NCBI GenBank assembly: GCA_934085825.1
Contig: CAKOHR010000007.1
Span: forward strand, 47,013-79,012
Reading direction: 5' to 3'
From: an uncultured Bacilli bacterium
Lineage (GTDB): Bacteria > Bacillota_I > Bacilli_A > RF39 > UBA660
Length of the DNA: 32,000 bases
This document shows positions 1-8,586 of the stretch, in pieces. Position 1 is the stretch's first letter; every line of letters starts with the position of its first letter. A program made the translations under genes and the position numbers. The notes beneath the pieces were generated by a model, which saw only the letters and a list, made by a program, of their open reading frames with translations, did no database searches and had not been told where the DNA came from.

Positions 1-705
1 CTTTTTAAAAAAAGTTTCTTTTTTAACCCCAGATGGAGCACGAATTACACTTATCGGTCTGTTTTCAATGTATGGCAACATTCTATTTGCTATTTTTTTG
101 TAATAGTTGAAGATATCATTTTTAGTTATATTATCAATTATTTTTTTATCTTTGTTTGTTATTTCAATTGTTTTGCTTTTTGAATTGTTTTCTATTTCTT
201 TAAATGTTCTTCCAGTTTTAATACTTTTTTTATATTTTCTTATTTCAATGTAATTTTCAAAATAATCTTTATCTTTTATAAGAAGCCAATTATCATCTTT
301 AAAGTGCGTTAAGGTCCATATGCCTTTAAACCTTTTACCATACAAAATAAATTTTATTAAATTTTTTTCATATTTGATTGGTTCATAGTATCCTTCGTCA
401 AAAAGCATTACAATACCTCCCCCGTATTCACCTGCAGGAATTGTTCCTTCAAAAGTGCGATATGATAGTGGGTGGTCTTCAACATGAATTGCTAAACGTT
501 TATCTTTCGGATTGTATGAGGGGCCTTTAGGAACTGCCCATGATGACATTGTTCCATTGTATTCAAGTCTTAAATCATAGTGATCTTTTCTAGCTAAATG
601 ATGTTGAACGCAAAATTTAAGCTTTTTATGTGATTTTGTTTCTTTTCCAATAGGTTCATTTGTTATGTTAAAATTTCTTTTTTTGTTGTATTTTGTTAGC
701 TTCAA
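1..705 (-). CDS. ligD: LigD-like NHEJ repair protein (3'-phosphoesterase domain followed directly by primase-polymerase domain), partial; continues beyond window start
   Basis: Absent from the ORF track because no stop lies in the window. The minus-strand frame is open from TTG at 705..703 (AGGTGA 6 nt upstream) to position 1. Translation KYNKKRNFNITNEP...FCVQHHLARKDHYDLRLEYNGTMSSWAVPKGPSYNPKDKRLAIHVEDHPLSYRTFEGTIPAGEYGGG matches the LigD phosphoesterase signature. It is followed by ITKNDIFNYYKKIANRMLPYIENRPISVIRAPSGVKKETFFKK, which matches the start of the LigD polymerase domain. Confidence 0.8.
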   Translation of the reverse strand, partial: MKLTKYNKKRNFNITNEPIGKETKSHKKLKFCVQHHLARKDHYDLRLEYNGTMSSWAVPKGPSYNPKDKRLAIHVEDHPLSYRTFEGTIPAGEYGGGIVMLFDEGYYEPIKYEKNLIKFILYGKRFKGIWTLTHFKDDNWLLIKDKDYFENYIEIRKYKKSIKTGRTFKEIENNSKSKTIEITNKDKKIIDNITKNDIFNYYKKIANRMLPYIENRPISVIRAPSGVKKETFFKK

Positions 706-735
706 TTTGATCACCTGATATTATGATGGTTGATA

Positions 736-764
736 TTGAATATTATATGTACGTATGGTATAAT
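736..764 (+). promoter_or_regulatory. SigA-type promoter for the GGDEF gene
   Basis: TTGAAT (736..741), 17-nt spacer, TATAAT (759..764), with TG at 756..757 giving an extended -10. Confidence 0.4.
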
Positions 765-783
765 TAAATGGGGTGTGGTTAAT

Positions 784-1614
784 TTGGAAACTGAATTTTT
801 AATATTTTTAAATAATTTAACAATTACAAATTGTTATGACAAAAAATTTTTTGAAGATCTTTTTGAAATGATAAAAAATTTTTGTCAAGCTACGGATGTT
901 TATATTGAATCTTTTGATGATGATCTATATTTAAACCAAACAATATCTTCAAATGATATCGTTTTGAATATTGATTCTGTTAAAAAAAATTTAGTTATAA
1001 AAGAGCCAAAAAAAACTTTTGAAAATAAATCAACATTTATTGCTTTTTTGAATTCTATAATAAATAATATTTTTAAAAATTATTTGTTAATAGACAAATT
1101 AAAACATGAAAAATATATGGATAGTTTACTTAAAGTTTATAATAGAACTGCTTATGATGAAATGTTGTCTCTTCATAATATTTTAGAAAATTGTGGTGTT
1201 GCATTTGTTGATGCTGACGGCCTTGGAATTGTAAATAATATGTATGGCCATGAGGCAGGAGATAAGCTTTTAACTGTAGTTGCAGATTGTTTTAAAACGT
1301 CTTTTAGATATTATGATATTTATAGAATTGGTGGAGACGAATTAGTTATAATTTGTCCTAATATTGATAAGAATTTATTTATGTTAAAATTACAACAAGC
1401 ATTAAACGTTTTACGGGCATCTTCATATACTGTGTCAATGGGTGTTGTTTATAATGAATTTGTAGATAATTTGCCAAAAATGATAAAAGAAGCGAATGTT
1501 AAAATGAAAAGAAGTAAGGAAACTTTTAGAAAAGCTCATCCTGAAAAATATTTAAATAAGTATGAAGTTACTTATGTTGGTGATGAACAAGATAATTTTA
1601 AAAAAAGTTATTAA
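784..1614 (+). CDS. GGDEF-domain protein (putative diguanylate cyclase with GGDEL variant motif)
   Basis: The C-terminal half (YNRTAYDEML...FVDADGLGIVNNMYGHEAGDKLL...YRIGGDELVIICPN) fits the GGDEF fold. The N-terminal ~120 aa are unrecognised. The track ORF starts at TTG 730, which lies inside the predicted promoter. In-frame TTG 784, preceded by GGGGTGTGG, is preferred; ATG 868 is an alternative. Confidence 0.75.
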   Translation: METEFLIFLNNLTITNCYDKKFFEDLFEMIKNFCQATDVYIESFDDDLYLNQTISSNDIVLNIDSVKKNLVIKEPKKTFENKSTFIAFLNSIINNIFKNYLLIDKLKHEKYMDSLLKVYNRTAYDEMLSLHNILENCGVAFVDADGLGIVNNMYGHEAGDKLLTVVADCFKTSFRYYDIYRIGGDELVIICPNIDKNLFMLKLQQALNVLRASSYTVSMGVVYNEFVDNLPKMIKEANVKMKRSKETFRKAHPEKYLNKYEVTYVGDEQDNFKKSY

Positions 1615-1644
1615 CTTTTGTATAACTAAAAAAAGCATAAAAAA

Positions 1645-1670
1645 AGTCCTCGGAAAAGGACTTTATTTTC
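1645..1670. terminator. Bidirectional rho-independent terminator (GGDEF gene / tRNA-His)
   Basis: Stem AGTCCT (1645..1650) / AGGACT (1657..1662), flanked by an A-run upstream and TTATTTT downstream. Confidence 0.7.
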
Positions 1671-1674
1671 TTAA

Positions 1675-1751
1675 TGGGGCACAATAAGGGAATCGAACCC
1701 TTGCATACCGGAGCCACAATCCGGCGTGTTAACCACTTCACCAATTGCACC
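1675..1751 (-). tRNA. tRNA-His: tRNA-His (anticodon GTG)
   Basis: The reverse complement GGTGCAATTGGTGAAGTGGTTAACACGCCGGATTGTGGCTCCGGTATGCAAGGGTTCGATTCCCTTATTGTGCCCCA folds as a cloverleaf. It has anticodon stem CCGGA/TCCGG, loop TTGTGGC (GTG at positions 34-36), T-arm AAGGG-TTCGATT-CCCTT, the extra 5' G(-1) typical of tRNA-His, and an encoded CCA. Confidence 0.92.
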
Positions 1752-2009
1752 ATGACTTGTACAATTTATATTATCAAAGTTTCCCAAAAAAAGCAATACC
1801 CTAATAGTAATTTGTAAAATAAATTTATAGGTTATCGTTTATCTGGAGATGAAAATTGCTAATTAATTCTGTATGTGATGTTTGAAGGATTGAAAATATA
1901 TGCGAAAAAATGTATAATATAAGTAAGAACAAAATAAATAAAGTGGTAGAATGGTGATGATCCGATGCTAGTTTGCTAAGAAATTTGTGGTTTTGTTCTG
2001 ATATAGTAT

Positions 2010-2546
2010 ATGGAGATGATAGTTGTGAATGATGTAACAAAAGTTTTATGTTCAAGAAGAAGTATTAGAAAATTTAAAGATGAACAAATACCCAAAGAAA
2101 AATTAGATGAAATACTTAAGTGTGGAACATTTGCACCAAATGGAAAAAGTAAGCAAAGTGCTAAAATAGTGGTTATTCAAAATAGAAATTTAATTGAAGA
2201 AATAGCTAAAATTAATGGAAGCTTTGTTAATAAAGTCGGCTTAAATCCTTTTTATAATGCTCCGACATTGATCATAGTTTTTGCTGATAAAAATGTTGCA
2301 ACATATGTTGAAGATGGTTCAGCAGTCATTACAAATATTGTAAATGCTGCCTTTAGTTTAAATATCGATAGTTGTTGGATTCATCGTGCTAAAGAAACTT
2401 TTGAAACAGAGTTTGGCAAAAAGTTGATGGCGAAATGGGGTTTAGATGATAATTATGTAGGAATAGGTAATGTTGTTTTAGGATATCGTGATATGATACT
2501 TCCTTCAGCTATGCCTAGAAAAAGTGATTTTATAATTTTTGATTGA
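2010..2546 (+). CDS. Nitroreductase family protein
   Basis: RRSIRKFKDEQIPKEKLDEILKCGTFAPNGKSKQS and overall length ~175 aa are typical of FMN nitroreductases. The start is ambiguous: ATG 2010, ATG 2016, or GTG 2025 (GGAG lies 9 nt upstream of 2025). Confidence 0.8.
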   Translation: MEMIVVNDVTKVLCSRRSIRKFKDEQIPKEKLDEILKCGTFAPNGKSKQSAKIVVIQNRNLIEEIAKINGSFVNKVGLNPFYNAPTLIIVFADKNVATYVEDGSAVITNIVNAAFSLNIDSCWIHRAKETFETEFGKKLMAKWGLDDNYVGIGNVVLGYRDMILPSAMPRKSDFIIFD

Positions 2547-2556
2547 TAGGTGAGTT

Positions 2557-3393
2557 ATGAAAAGAGAAAGAAGAATAACAGTTTTAAGTATAGGAGTTAA
2601 TTCTTTAGTGACTTTTGTGAAAATTTATGCAGGTTTAATATTTAATTCTTATACTTTAATGGTTAGTGGGTATAATACTTTATGTGATACAACTTTAGAT
2701 TTTATGGCATATAGCGGTTCTGTTTTTCGTGGAAGAAGAGCTAACAGAAAAGAACCTTTTGGATATGGTAGATGTCAAAATTATGCCACAATATTTGTAG
2801 GAATTGTAATTGTTCTTCTAGGAGTGTTTATAGTATTTAAGTCTTTCTTTTTAAATTATGTAGTTACTGATTTAAAAGTTTTGTTAGTTTTATTTGTTGT
2901 TGCTATTATTATGCTTGTTTATGGTAATTTTTTATTTAGAAATGCTAAAGAAATACAAAGTACAATGTTAATGGATATGGCTCATATTTCATTTTATGAT
3001 GGTGCTATTACTGCAGGAAATATATTTTTTATTTTCTTATCTAGTATAATTCCTGTATTTGATTTACTTGGCTGTTTGTTTATGGGCGCCGTCCTTATGT
3101 ATAAAGGAATTGGTATTATTATAAATAATTTTATATTATTAAATTGTCAAAATGATCAAAATAAAACTGTTATAAAAAAAATAGAAAGGATTATTAAGGA
3201 TGGCGAAGGTATAAGTTATTCAAATTGTAATCTTATTAATGTGAAAAAATATTATAAAGTAGTTATTGAAATATTGGTCGATGACGATGTGAGTTTAAAT
3301 GATTTAATTCTTTGGGAAGAATATTTAAGAGGCAATATCAAAGCTAGTAAAATTAGTGTGAAATTTGTTGAGTTTTTGGTGTATAAAAAATAA
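2557..3393 (+). CDS. Cation diffusion facilitator (CDF) family transporter-like membrane protein
   Basis: N-terminal pattern VNSLVTFVKIYAGLIFNSYTLMVSGYNTLCD...RKEPFGYGR, six hydrophobic segments and a C-terminal cytoplasmic domain. The canonical metal-ligand positions look partly substituted. Confidence 0.65.
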   Translation: MKRERRITVLSIGVNSLVTFVKIYAGLIFNSYTLMVSGYNTLCDTTLDFMAYSGSVFRGRRANRKEPFGYGRCQNYATIFVGIVIVLLGVFIVFKSFFLNYVVTDLKVLLVLFVVAIIMLVYGNFLFRNAKEIQSTMLMDMAHISFYDGAITAGNIFFIFLSSIIPVFDLLGCLFMGAVLMYKGIGIIINNFILLNCQNDQNKTVIKKIERIIKDGEGISYSNCNLINVKKYYKVVIEILVDDDVSLNDLILWEEYLRGNIKASKISVKFVEFLVYKK

Positions 3394-3505
3394 ATGTTAA
3401 GAGCGATGCTGATGGTGTCGTTTTTTTATATAATAGGAAAATGATATTATACTTGATTTTAACAAAAAAACTTGCTATTATTAATAATAGGAAAGAGGTA
3501 TGGAT

Positions 3506-5653
3506 ATGAAAAACAAAAAGGGTTTTACTTTGGTTGAACTTATTGTGGTTGTACTCATTACTGCGATTGTCGTGGGAATTGGTGTACCGGTATTTATAAA
3601 CATTCGTAAAAATGTTTTAAATAGTCAATTTGAAAATGTTAAAAGTAGAATTGAAGATGCAGCAGTAAAATATGCTAATGATACGCAGATAATTACTGTT
3701 TCAGTTGGTAAGTTAATTGAAGAAGGTTATTTGACAGCAGATGATCAAAATACAATTTACAATCCGGTTGATAATAAAAGCCTTAATTGTAAAATTGTTG
3801 AAGTTAGTTTAAATAATGGTGCTTATACTGCTAAATTAACTGATAATGGGGAACTAGAAGATGGTAGTTGTAGTACTTATGATGTTTCAGTTGCTAGTTT
3901 GATTAAAATATCATGTTATTCTGAAACAGATGATCAAAATGAAATTGCAAAATGTGAAGAAACTTTAAAAAATACTGAAAATAAATGGTATAGTGGTAGT
4001 GTTAAGTTAGGTTTGTCTGATAATATTTCAAAGAAAGTTACAGATTATAGATGGCAAGGAGCTACTGGAGAATATAGTGATAATGCAGAAATAATTGTTA
4101 CAACTGATACAATTAAATCTACTTCATTTAATTTATCACTAACTTATGAAGATGGTTCAAGTGAATCTTCAAGTACAATTTTACAAATTGATAATCAAAA
4201 ACCTGTTATAATTGATGTGGTAAAAGATGACAATTGGGCAGGAAGTAAAAAGAATGTTACAATTAATGCTAGTGATAATAATGGTAGTGGTATTGCTGGA
4301 TATTATGTTGGTACAAGTGAAACATGTGACGGAGAATATGTTTCAGATAATAAATTTGAATTAGAAAGTGGAAAATATTATACTTGTGTAAAGGATAATG
4401 CTGGTAATATTAGTGATGTAAAAGAATTTGAAATTGCTAATATTGATACATCAAAACCGGCACCAACAGCAGTTGGTAATAAGTATTATGTTACTTATTC
4501 TGAAACTAAGGGAATTACTTATTATAGTGAATTTTCAAGAAAAATAGTTTATGAAGATGCAGAAAGTGGTATTAGTGCAATTAAATACTGTTTTACTGAT
4601 AAAGATACTTGTGAACCAGATAAGAATGCTACTATTCATGTTGGAAATAGTAGTGAAGCAATTTTAAGTTATCCTGCAAATAAGAATGCTACTAGAGTTT
4701 GTACAAAAGCAGTTGATAATGTTAATAATGAATCTGAAGTATATTGTGATGATACATTCCTAGTTGATACTACTAAACCTACTGATATTAAAGCAGAACA
4801 TAATCAAAGTAATTCCAGTTATGTTAAGGTAAGTGGTTCTGATGCAGAAAGTGGCATTTATAAATATACTTGTAAATTTGGTACTAGTTCTTCTAATTTA
4901 AATCAAAGTGTAGAAGCTAAAGATGGTATATGTGATTTAGGTGCTATTTCTAGTGGTGTTACTTACTATGTAAAAGCTGAAGTATATAATAATGCTAATT
5001 TAGTTGCATCAAGTAGTGTTGTTAATTTTAAAGCACAAGTTAAAATGTCTGATGCATATACTGAAGTTTGTGGTAATGGAGAGTATTGTAATAGTCCTTT
5101 ATATATAAATTATAACGGAAATATATTTGTTGTTTATAGAAATAATAATGGATATAAAGCTATATATAATGGTGTATATGATCAATATAATTTCTTACAA
5201 TCTGGTTGTTGTAATAATGGACATTGTACATATAGTGGAGCACATTATACAAATGGTGTGTTAAGTACATATTTAAATGGTACATTTATAAGTGGTTTAC
5301 CTAATTATTCAAGTAAACTTAAAAATTCTACGTGGTATACTGGAACAAGTAATAATGTTACATCAAGAACTGCAACTGCTTATGTAGGACTTATGGATTA
5401 TAGTGAATATAATTCAACTAAGGGTAAGAATTGGATTTATGAAGGTGCTTCTGGTACTTATTTCTGGCTAATTACTCCAGCAACAACATCAGCTTACTTA
5501 GAAAATTATACAGTAAGATATTATAATGGTAATTATAATTTATCTTCACAGGTTGTTAATACTTCAAGTGGTGCTAGACCTGTAGTTGTGTTTAATGGAA
5601 GTTTAGTGTTTACTAGCGGTAAAGGAACTTTAGAAAGTCCTTATGTAGTGTAG
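3506..5653 (+). CDS. Large prepilin-type N-terminal cleavage/methylation domain protein with Ig-like repeats and a C-terminal domain paralogous to the DGR targets
   Basis: MKNKKGFTLVELIVVVLITAIVVGI is a class III (type IV pilin-like) signal. Repeated D/ESGI(A/Y) motifs suggest Ig-like modules. The C-terminus ...YVGLMDYSEY...FWLITPATTS...SSGARPVVVFNGSLVFTSGKGTLESPYVV parallels ...YIGLMYVSDYGY...EWTLTPDSS...GYGVRPVLYLDASVYKIDGEGTLDKPYII of target 1. ATG 3506 has AGAGG 7 nt upstream and is preferred over ATG 3500. Confidence 0.8.
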   Translation: MKNKKGFTLVELIVVVLITAIVVGIGVPVFINIRKNVLNSQFENVKSRIEDAAVKYANDTQIITVSVGKLIEEGYLTADDQNTIYNPVDNKSLNCKIVEVSLNNGAYTAKLTDNGELEDGSCSTYDVSVASLIKISCYSETDDQNEIAKCEETLKNTENKWYSGSVKLGLSDNISKKVTDYRWQGATGEYSDNAEIIVTTDTIKSTSFNLSLTYEDGSSESSSTILQIDNQKPVIIDVVKDDNWAGSKKNVTINASDNNGSGIAGYYVGTSETCDGEYVSDNKFELESGKYYTCVKDNAGNISDVKEFEIANIDTSKPAPTAVGNKYYVTYSETKGITYYSEFSRKIVYEDAESGISAIKYCFTDKDTCEPDKNATIHVGNSSEAILSYPANKNATRVCTKAVDNVNNESEVYCDDTFLVDTTKPTDIKAEHNQSNSSYVKVSGSDAESGIYKYTCKFGTSSSNLNQSVEAKDGICDLGAISSGVTYYVKAEVYNNANLVASSSVVNFKAQVKMSDAYTEVCGNGEYCNSPLYINYNGNIFVVYRNNNGYKAIYNGVYDQYNFLQSGCCNNGHCTYSGAHYTNGVLSTYLNGTFISGLPNYSSKLKNSTWYTGTSNNVTSRTATAYVGLMDYSEYNSTKGKNWIYEGASGTYFWLITPATTSAYLENYTVRYYNGNYNLSSQVVNTSSGARPVVVFNGSLVFTSGKGTLESPYVV

Positions 5654-5663
5654 GAGGAGACTC

Positions 5664-7580
5664 ATGGAAAAAAAGAATAAAAAATTATTGATTTGTATTG
5701 TTGGAGTTATAGTTGGTGTTTTGCTTATTTCTCTTTTGATACTTGGAATAAGTAAATTAAGTACAAAAAGGAATATTGATAAAGTAAATGAAGAACTTGC
5801 AGATATCTTTAAAAATGATGTTATTACACCAGAAGATGATGTTTATAGTAAACAAAAAGAAACAGATGTAAAAGTGAAAGAAGCTATGGATAATAAGAAA
5901 TATACTTTGGATGATCCTTATGTAATAGAAAATCCTTATTATATTTCTCCTCTTACTGCTTTGATTGTTTTTCAAACTAGTAGTGAAGAGGCTGTAACAA
6001 TTGAAGTTAATGGTCAAAAACAAGAATTTGAAAAAAGTAAAAAACATGCTATTCCAGTTTATGGTTTAGTGGCTGGTAAAAAGAATAGTGTTAAGATAAG
6101 TGCTGGTAGTAAATCAAAAACTTTAGATTTAGATATGACTAGCGTTAAGGATGATTTGAATTTAGATGTTAGCCTTGGTAAAGGCACAGACTTGGGTAAT
6201 GATATATATGTTGTTACAACACCAGGTGATGAAGGAATGTATGGTTTTAATACAAATGGAGAACTCGTATGGAGACTTACTGATACTTTTGGTTTAGCTA
6301 TAACTAAGCTTGATAATGGACATTTGCTTTTAAGTAATACGGAATATATTTTGACTTATTCTAGAACTGGTCTTGTGGAAATTGATTATTTAGGAAAAAT
6401 ATATAATGTTTATGATATTCAAGGCGGTTATCACAATGATGTAGTTGTTTTAGATAATGGTAATTATTTACTTGGATCTTCAAATATAACTAGAGGTACT
6501 ATTTCTGATATTTTAATTGAAATTAATCCTAAAGATGGAAGAATTGTTAATACAATTGATGTTAAGAATATTGTTGATGATGTTAGTGATAGATTTGTAG
6601 AAAATCTTAAAATTATGGATTGGGCAGCAATTAATAGTATATATTTTGATAAAGAAAGTAATTCAGTTATACTTTCACTTGGTGGTAGAAATTCAGTTGT
6701 AAGTATTGATTATAGTAGTAAAAAAATTAATTGGATATTTGGTGATATTAAATATTGGAATGATAAATTTAAAGATTATATTGTTTCATATGATGGAGAG
6801 TATCCAATGCTTACAAATAGTGTAAGTCTTAATAAAGATGGTAATTTAGTATTATTTAATAATGGTATGGATGGATCTTTAACTGAAGATGCTTTGTGTA
6901 GTAATTTTGTTGGATCTCATAGTAAAGGCCAAATATTTAAAATTGATAATAAAGTTGCTACTTTAATTAGTGAATTTACTGATAATAATTCTTTCTATAG
7001 CTATGCTGTTTCAAATTATAATGAACTTGGTAATGGAAACTATTTATTATTCTCTGCATGGGAATATGGGGAAGGTACAATGCTTAAAGAAGGTTGTACA
7101 ATGAATAGTAATGTTGAAGGTTTACATTCTATTATATATGAATTAGATAAGAATAATAATATTTTATTTAAGGCTTCTTTTATGGGTGGTTCTTATAGAG
7201 CTAATAAAATAAATTTATATAAAAATAGTGGTAAGAATTTTAATCCAAGTGATATAAATTATTATAATACAATGGATGCTAAAATTTATGAAGAAGTTGA
7301 AAATTCAACTATAGTGAATTCACTTAAAAATGCTGAAAAGAGTATTTATTCTGTTAGTATTAGTAAAAACTTGTTAACTATTAATGCAGCTTTTCAAACA
7401 AACGATGAAGTTTATGTTCTTCTTGTTGGTAAAGAAAATAAAGCTTATAAATATTTATCTAAAACTAAAGGTAACTATTTACAACCTGTTGTAAATTTAA
7501 GAGGTTTATCTGGTGAATATGCATTGTTCTTAGTTGTAAATGGTGTTTATTATAATTTAGATCAAACATATAAATTTTAA
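5664..7580 (+). CDS. Arylsulfotransferase (ASST)-like beta-propeller protein, membrane-anchored
   Basis: N-terminal TM segment, then DPYVIENPYYISPLTALIVFQT and GGYHNDVVVLDNGNYLL. From memory these resemble the ASST N-domain and propeller motifs. GGAGGAG RBS lies upstream. Confidence 0.55.
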   Translation: MEKKNKKLLICIVGVIVGVLLISLLILGISKLSTKRNIDKVNEELADIFKNDVITPEDDVYSKQKETDVKVKEAMDNKKYTLDDPYVIENPYYISPLTALIVFQTSSEEAVTIEVNGQKQEFEKSKKHAIPVYGLVAGKKNSVKISAGSKSKTLDLDMTSVKDDLNLDVSLGKGTDLGNDIYVVTTPGDEGMYGFNTNGELVWRLTDTFGLAITKLDNGHLLLSNTEYILTYSRTGLVEIDYLGKIYNVYDIQGGYHNDVVVLDNGNYLLGSSNITRGTISDILIEINPKDGRIVNTIDVKNIVDDVSDRFVENLKIMDWAAINSIYFDKESNSVILSLGGRNSVVSIDYSSKKINWIFGDIKYWNDKFKDYIVSYDGEYPMLTNSVSLNKDGNLVLFNNGMDGSLTEDALCSNFVGSHSKGQIFKIDNKVATLISEFTDNNSFYSYAVSNYNELGNGNYLLFSAWEYGEGTMLKEGCTMNSNVEGLHSIIYELDKNNNILFKASFMGGSYRANKINLYKNSGKNFNPSDINYYNTMDAKIYEEVENSTIVNSLKNAEKSIYSVSISKNLLTINAAFQTNDEVYVLLVGKENKAYKYLSKTKGNYLQPVVNLRGLSGEYALFLVVNGVYYNLDQTYKF

Positions 7581-7614
7581 AGTAATATAGAGTAATTTTA
7601 TATTACTTTTTTTT
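7581..7614 (+). terminator. Rho-independent terminator
   Basis: Perfect 9-bp stem AGTAATATA (7581..7589) / TATATTACT (7599..7607) followed by a T-run. Confidence 0.75.
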
Positions 7615-7632
7615 GTGAAACTTTTGTGAACA

Positions 7633-7659
7633 TTAGCACTTATAGTTGACAAGTGCTAA
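7633..7659. promoter_or_regulatory. CIRCE operator (HrcA binding site)
   Basis: TTAGCACTT-N9-AAGTGCTAA compared with the consensus TTAGCACTC-N9-GAGTGCTAA. It overlaps the promoter -35 element. Confidence 0.85.
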
Positions 7660-7674
7660 ATATGGTAATATAAT
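7646..7674 (+). promoter_or_regulatory. Consensus SigA promoter of hsp20
   Basis: TTGACA (7646..7651), 17-nt spacer, TATAAT (7669..7674). Confidence 0.75.
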
Positions 7675-7758
7675 GGTAGTGTTAGTTGAGAAAGCTAACA
7701 AATAAAAACATTTTCAAAGTATAAACATAAAGAATTTGAAAATATTAAATATGAAAGG

Positions 7759-8145
7759 ATGATGATATTTATGTTACCAAGTAGAATGTTTTTTGATGAT
7801 ATGTTAAGTGATTTTGAAAAGGAAAATAAGATGAAATGTGATATCTTTGAAAAAGATAACAAGGTCTTTATAGAAATGGATGTTCCAGGATATGACAAGA
7901 AAGATATAAAAGTAGAATGTAATAAAGGAAATATTGTTGTTAAGGCTGAACATCATGAAAAACATGAAGATAATAAGAAATACCTTCATAGAGAAAGAAA
8001 AATGTATGGCAGACTTGAAAGAAGTTTTCATTTAGATGATGTTGATGAAGAAACTATGGAAGCAGAATTTAAAGATGGTATTTTAACTATTAGTGTTTCC
8101 AAAGTGGATGAAGATAAAAATAAAAGATATATTGAAGTTAAATAA
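7759..8145 (+). CDS. Hsp20/alpha-crystallin family small heat-shock protein
   Basis: CDIFEKDNKVFIEMDVPGYDKKDIKVECNKGNIVVKAEH...RLERSFHLDDVDEETMEAEFKDGILTISVSK is a typical alpha-crystallin domain. Three in-frame ATGs (7759, 7762, 7771) leave the start uncertain. Confidence 0.85.
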   Translation: MMIFMLPSRMFFDDMLSDFEKENKMKCDIFEKDNKVFIEMDVPGYDKKDIKVECNKGNIVVKAEHHEKHEDNKKYLHRERKMYGRLERSFHLDDVDEETMEAEFKDGILTISVSKVDEDKNKRYIEVK

Positions 8146-8153
8146 ATTTGAAA

Positions 8154-8177
8154 GTGCACTTAAGGTGCATTTTTTTG
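8154..8177 (+). terminator. Rho-independent terminator of hsp20
   Basis: Stem AGTGCAC / GTGCATT with loop TTAAG, followed by T7. Confidence 0.7.
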
Positions 8178-8586
8178 CTATAAAAATTGTTGAAATTTGT
8201 CAGTGTTTTAGATGTTTTGATATTATTTGTCGAAAGCCTTGAAAGTCTTAAAAATATATGTATAATAGCGCCCTAGAAATGAACAATTATATGAATGCAA
8301 CTAAAAGAGAATTTGTACTTCTAACTGGTAAATTTGTTAAAATACTTTTTAATACTAAAGTTGGGCAAAAAAATTTATAAGTTTAATTATTGATACAACT
8401 GTTGAACTTTTTGGTCAAAATTTTATTTCATTAAATCCACATATTTTAGTGCTTCCAGATGTTGTAAGTAGTGAAGAAGATTTAGCAAAAGAAAACGTTA
8501 TATCTGTTTGTATGTGATGACAATGATTTGTTGGTTCGTTTGTTTGAGAGTGAGAAACAAAAAAATTGATGAAGGAGAAATTTAAT

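Noticed and set aside
1825-2055. 76-aa minus-strand ORF between tRNA-His and the nitroreductase gene
   Set aside because: Low-complexity translation with no RBS. It overlaps the nitroreductase start and its promoter region, so it is likely spurious.
3394-3499. Terminator after the CDF gene (gagcgatgctgatggtgtcgttttttt)
   Set aside because: The stem is only 3-4 bp with mismatches, so it is not convincing enough to report as a feature.
5757-6047. Antisense ORF in the ASST-like gene. The same judgement applies to track ORFs 7695..7898, 7804..8031, 8799..9026, 19152..19508, 21423..21629, 21632..21895, 23123..23347 and 29168..29359.
   Set aside because: All are embedded in, or antisense to, longer ORFs with recognisable domains. 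All give F/I/L/K-rich low-complexity translations, as expected by chance in AT-rich DNA.
3500-7580. Type IV pilus or competence pseudopilus operon
   Set aside because: Only one prepilin-type gene is present. No assembly ATPase, platform protein, prepilin peptidase or minor pilins occur in the window.
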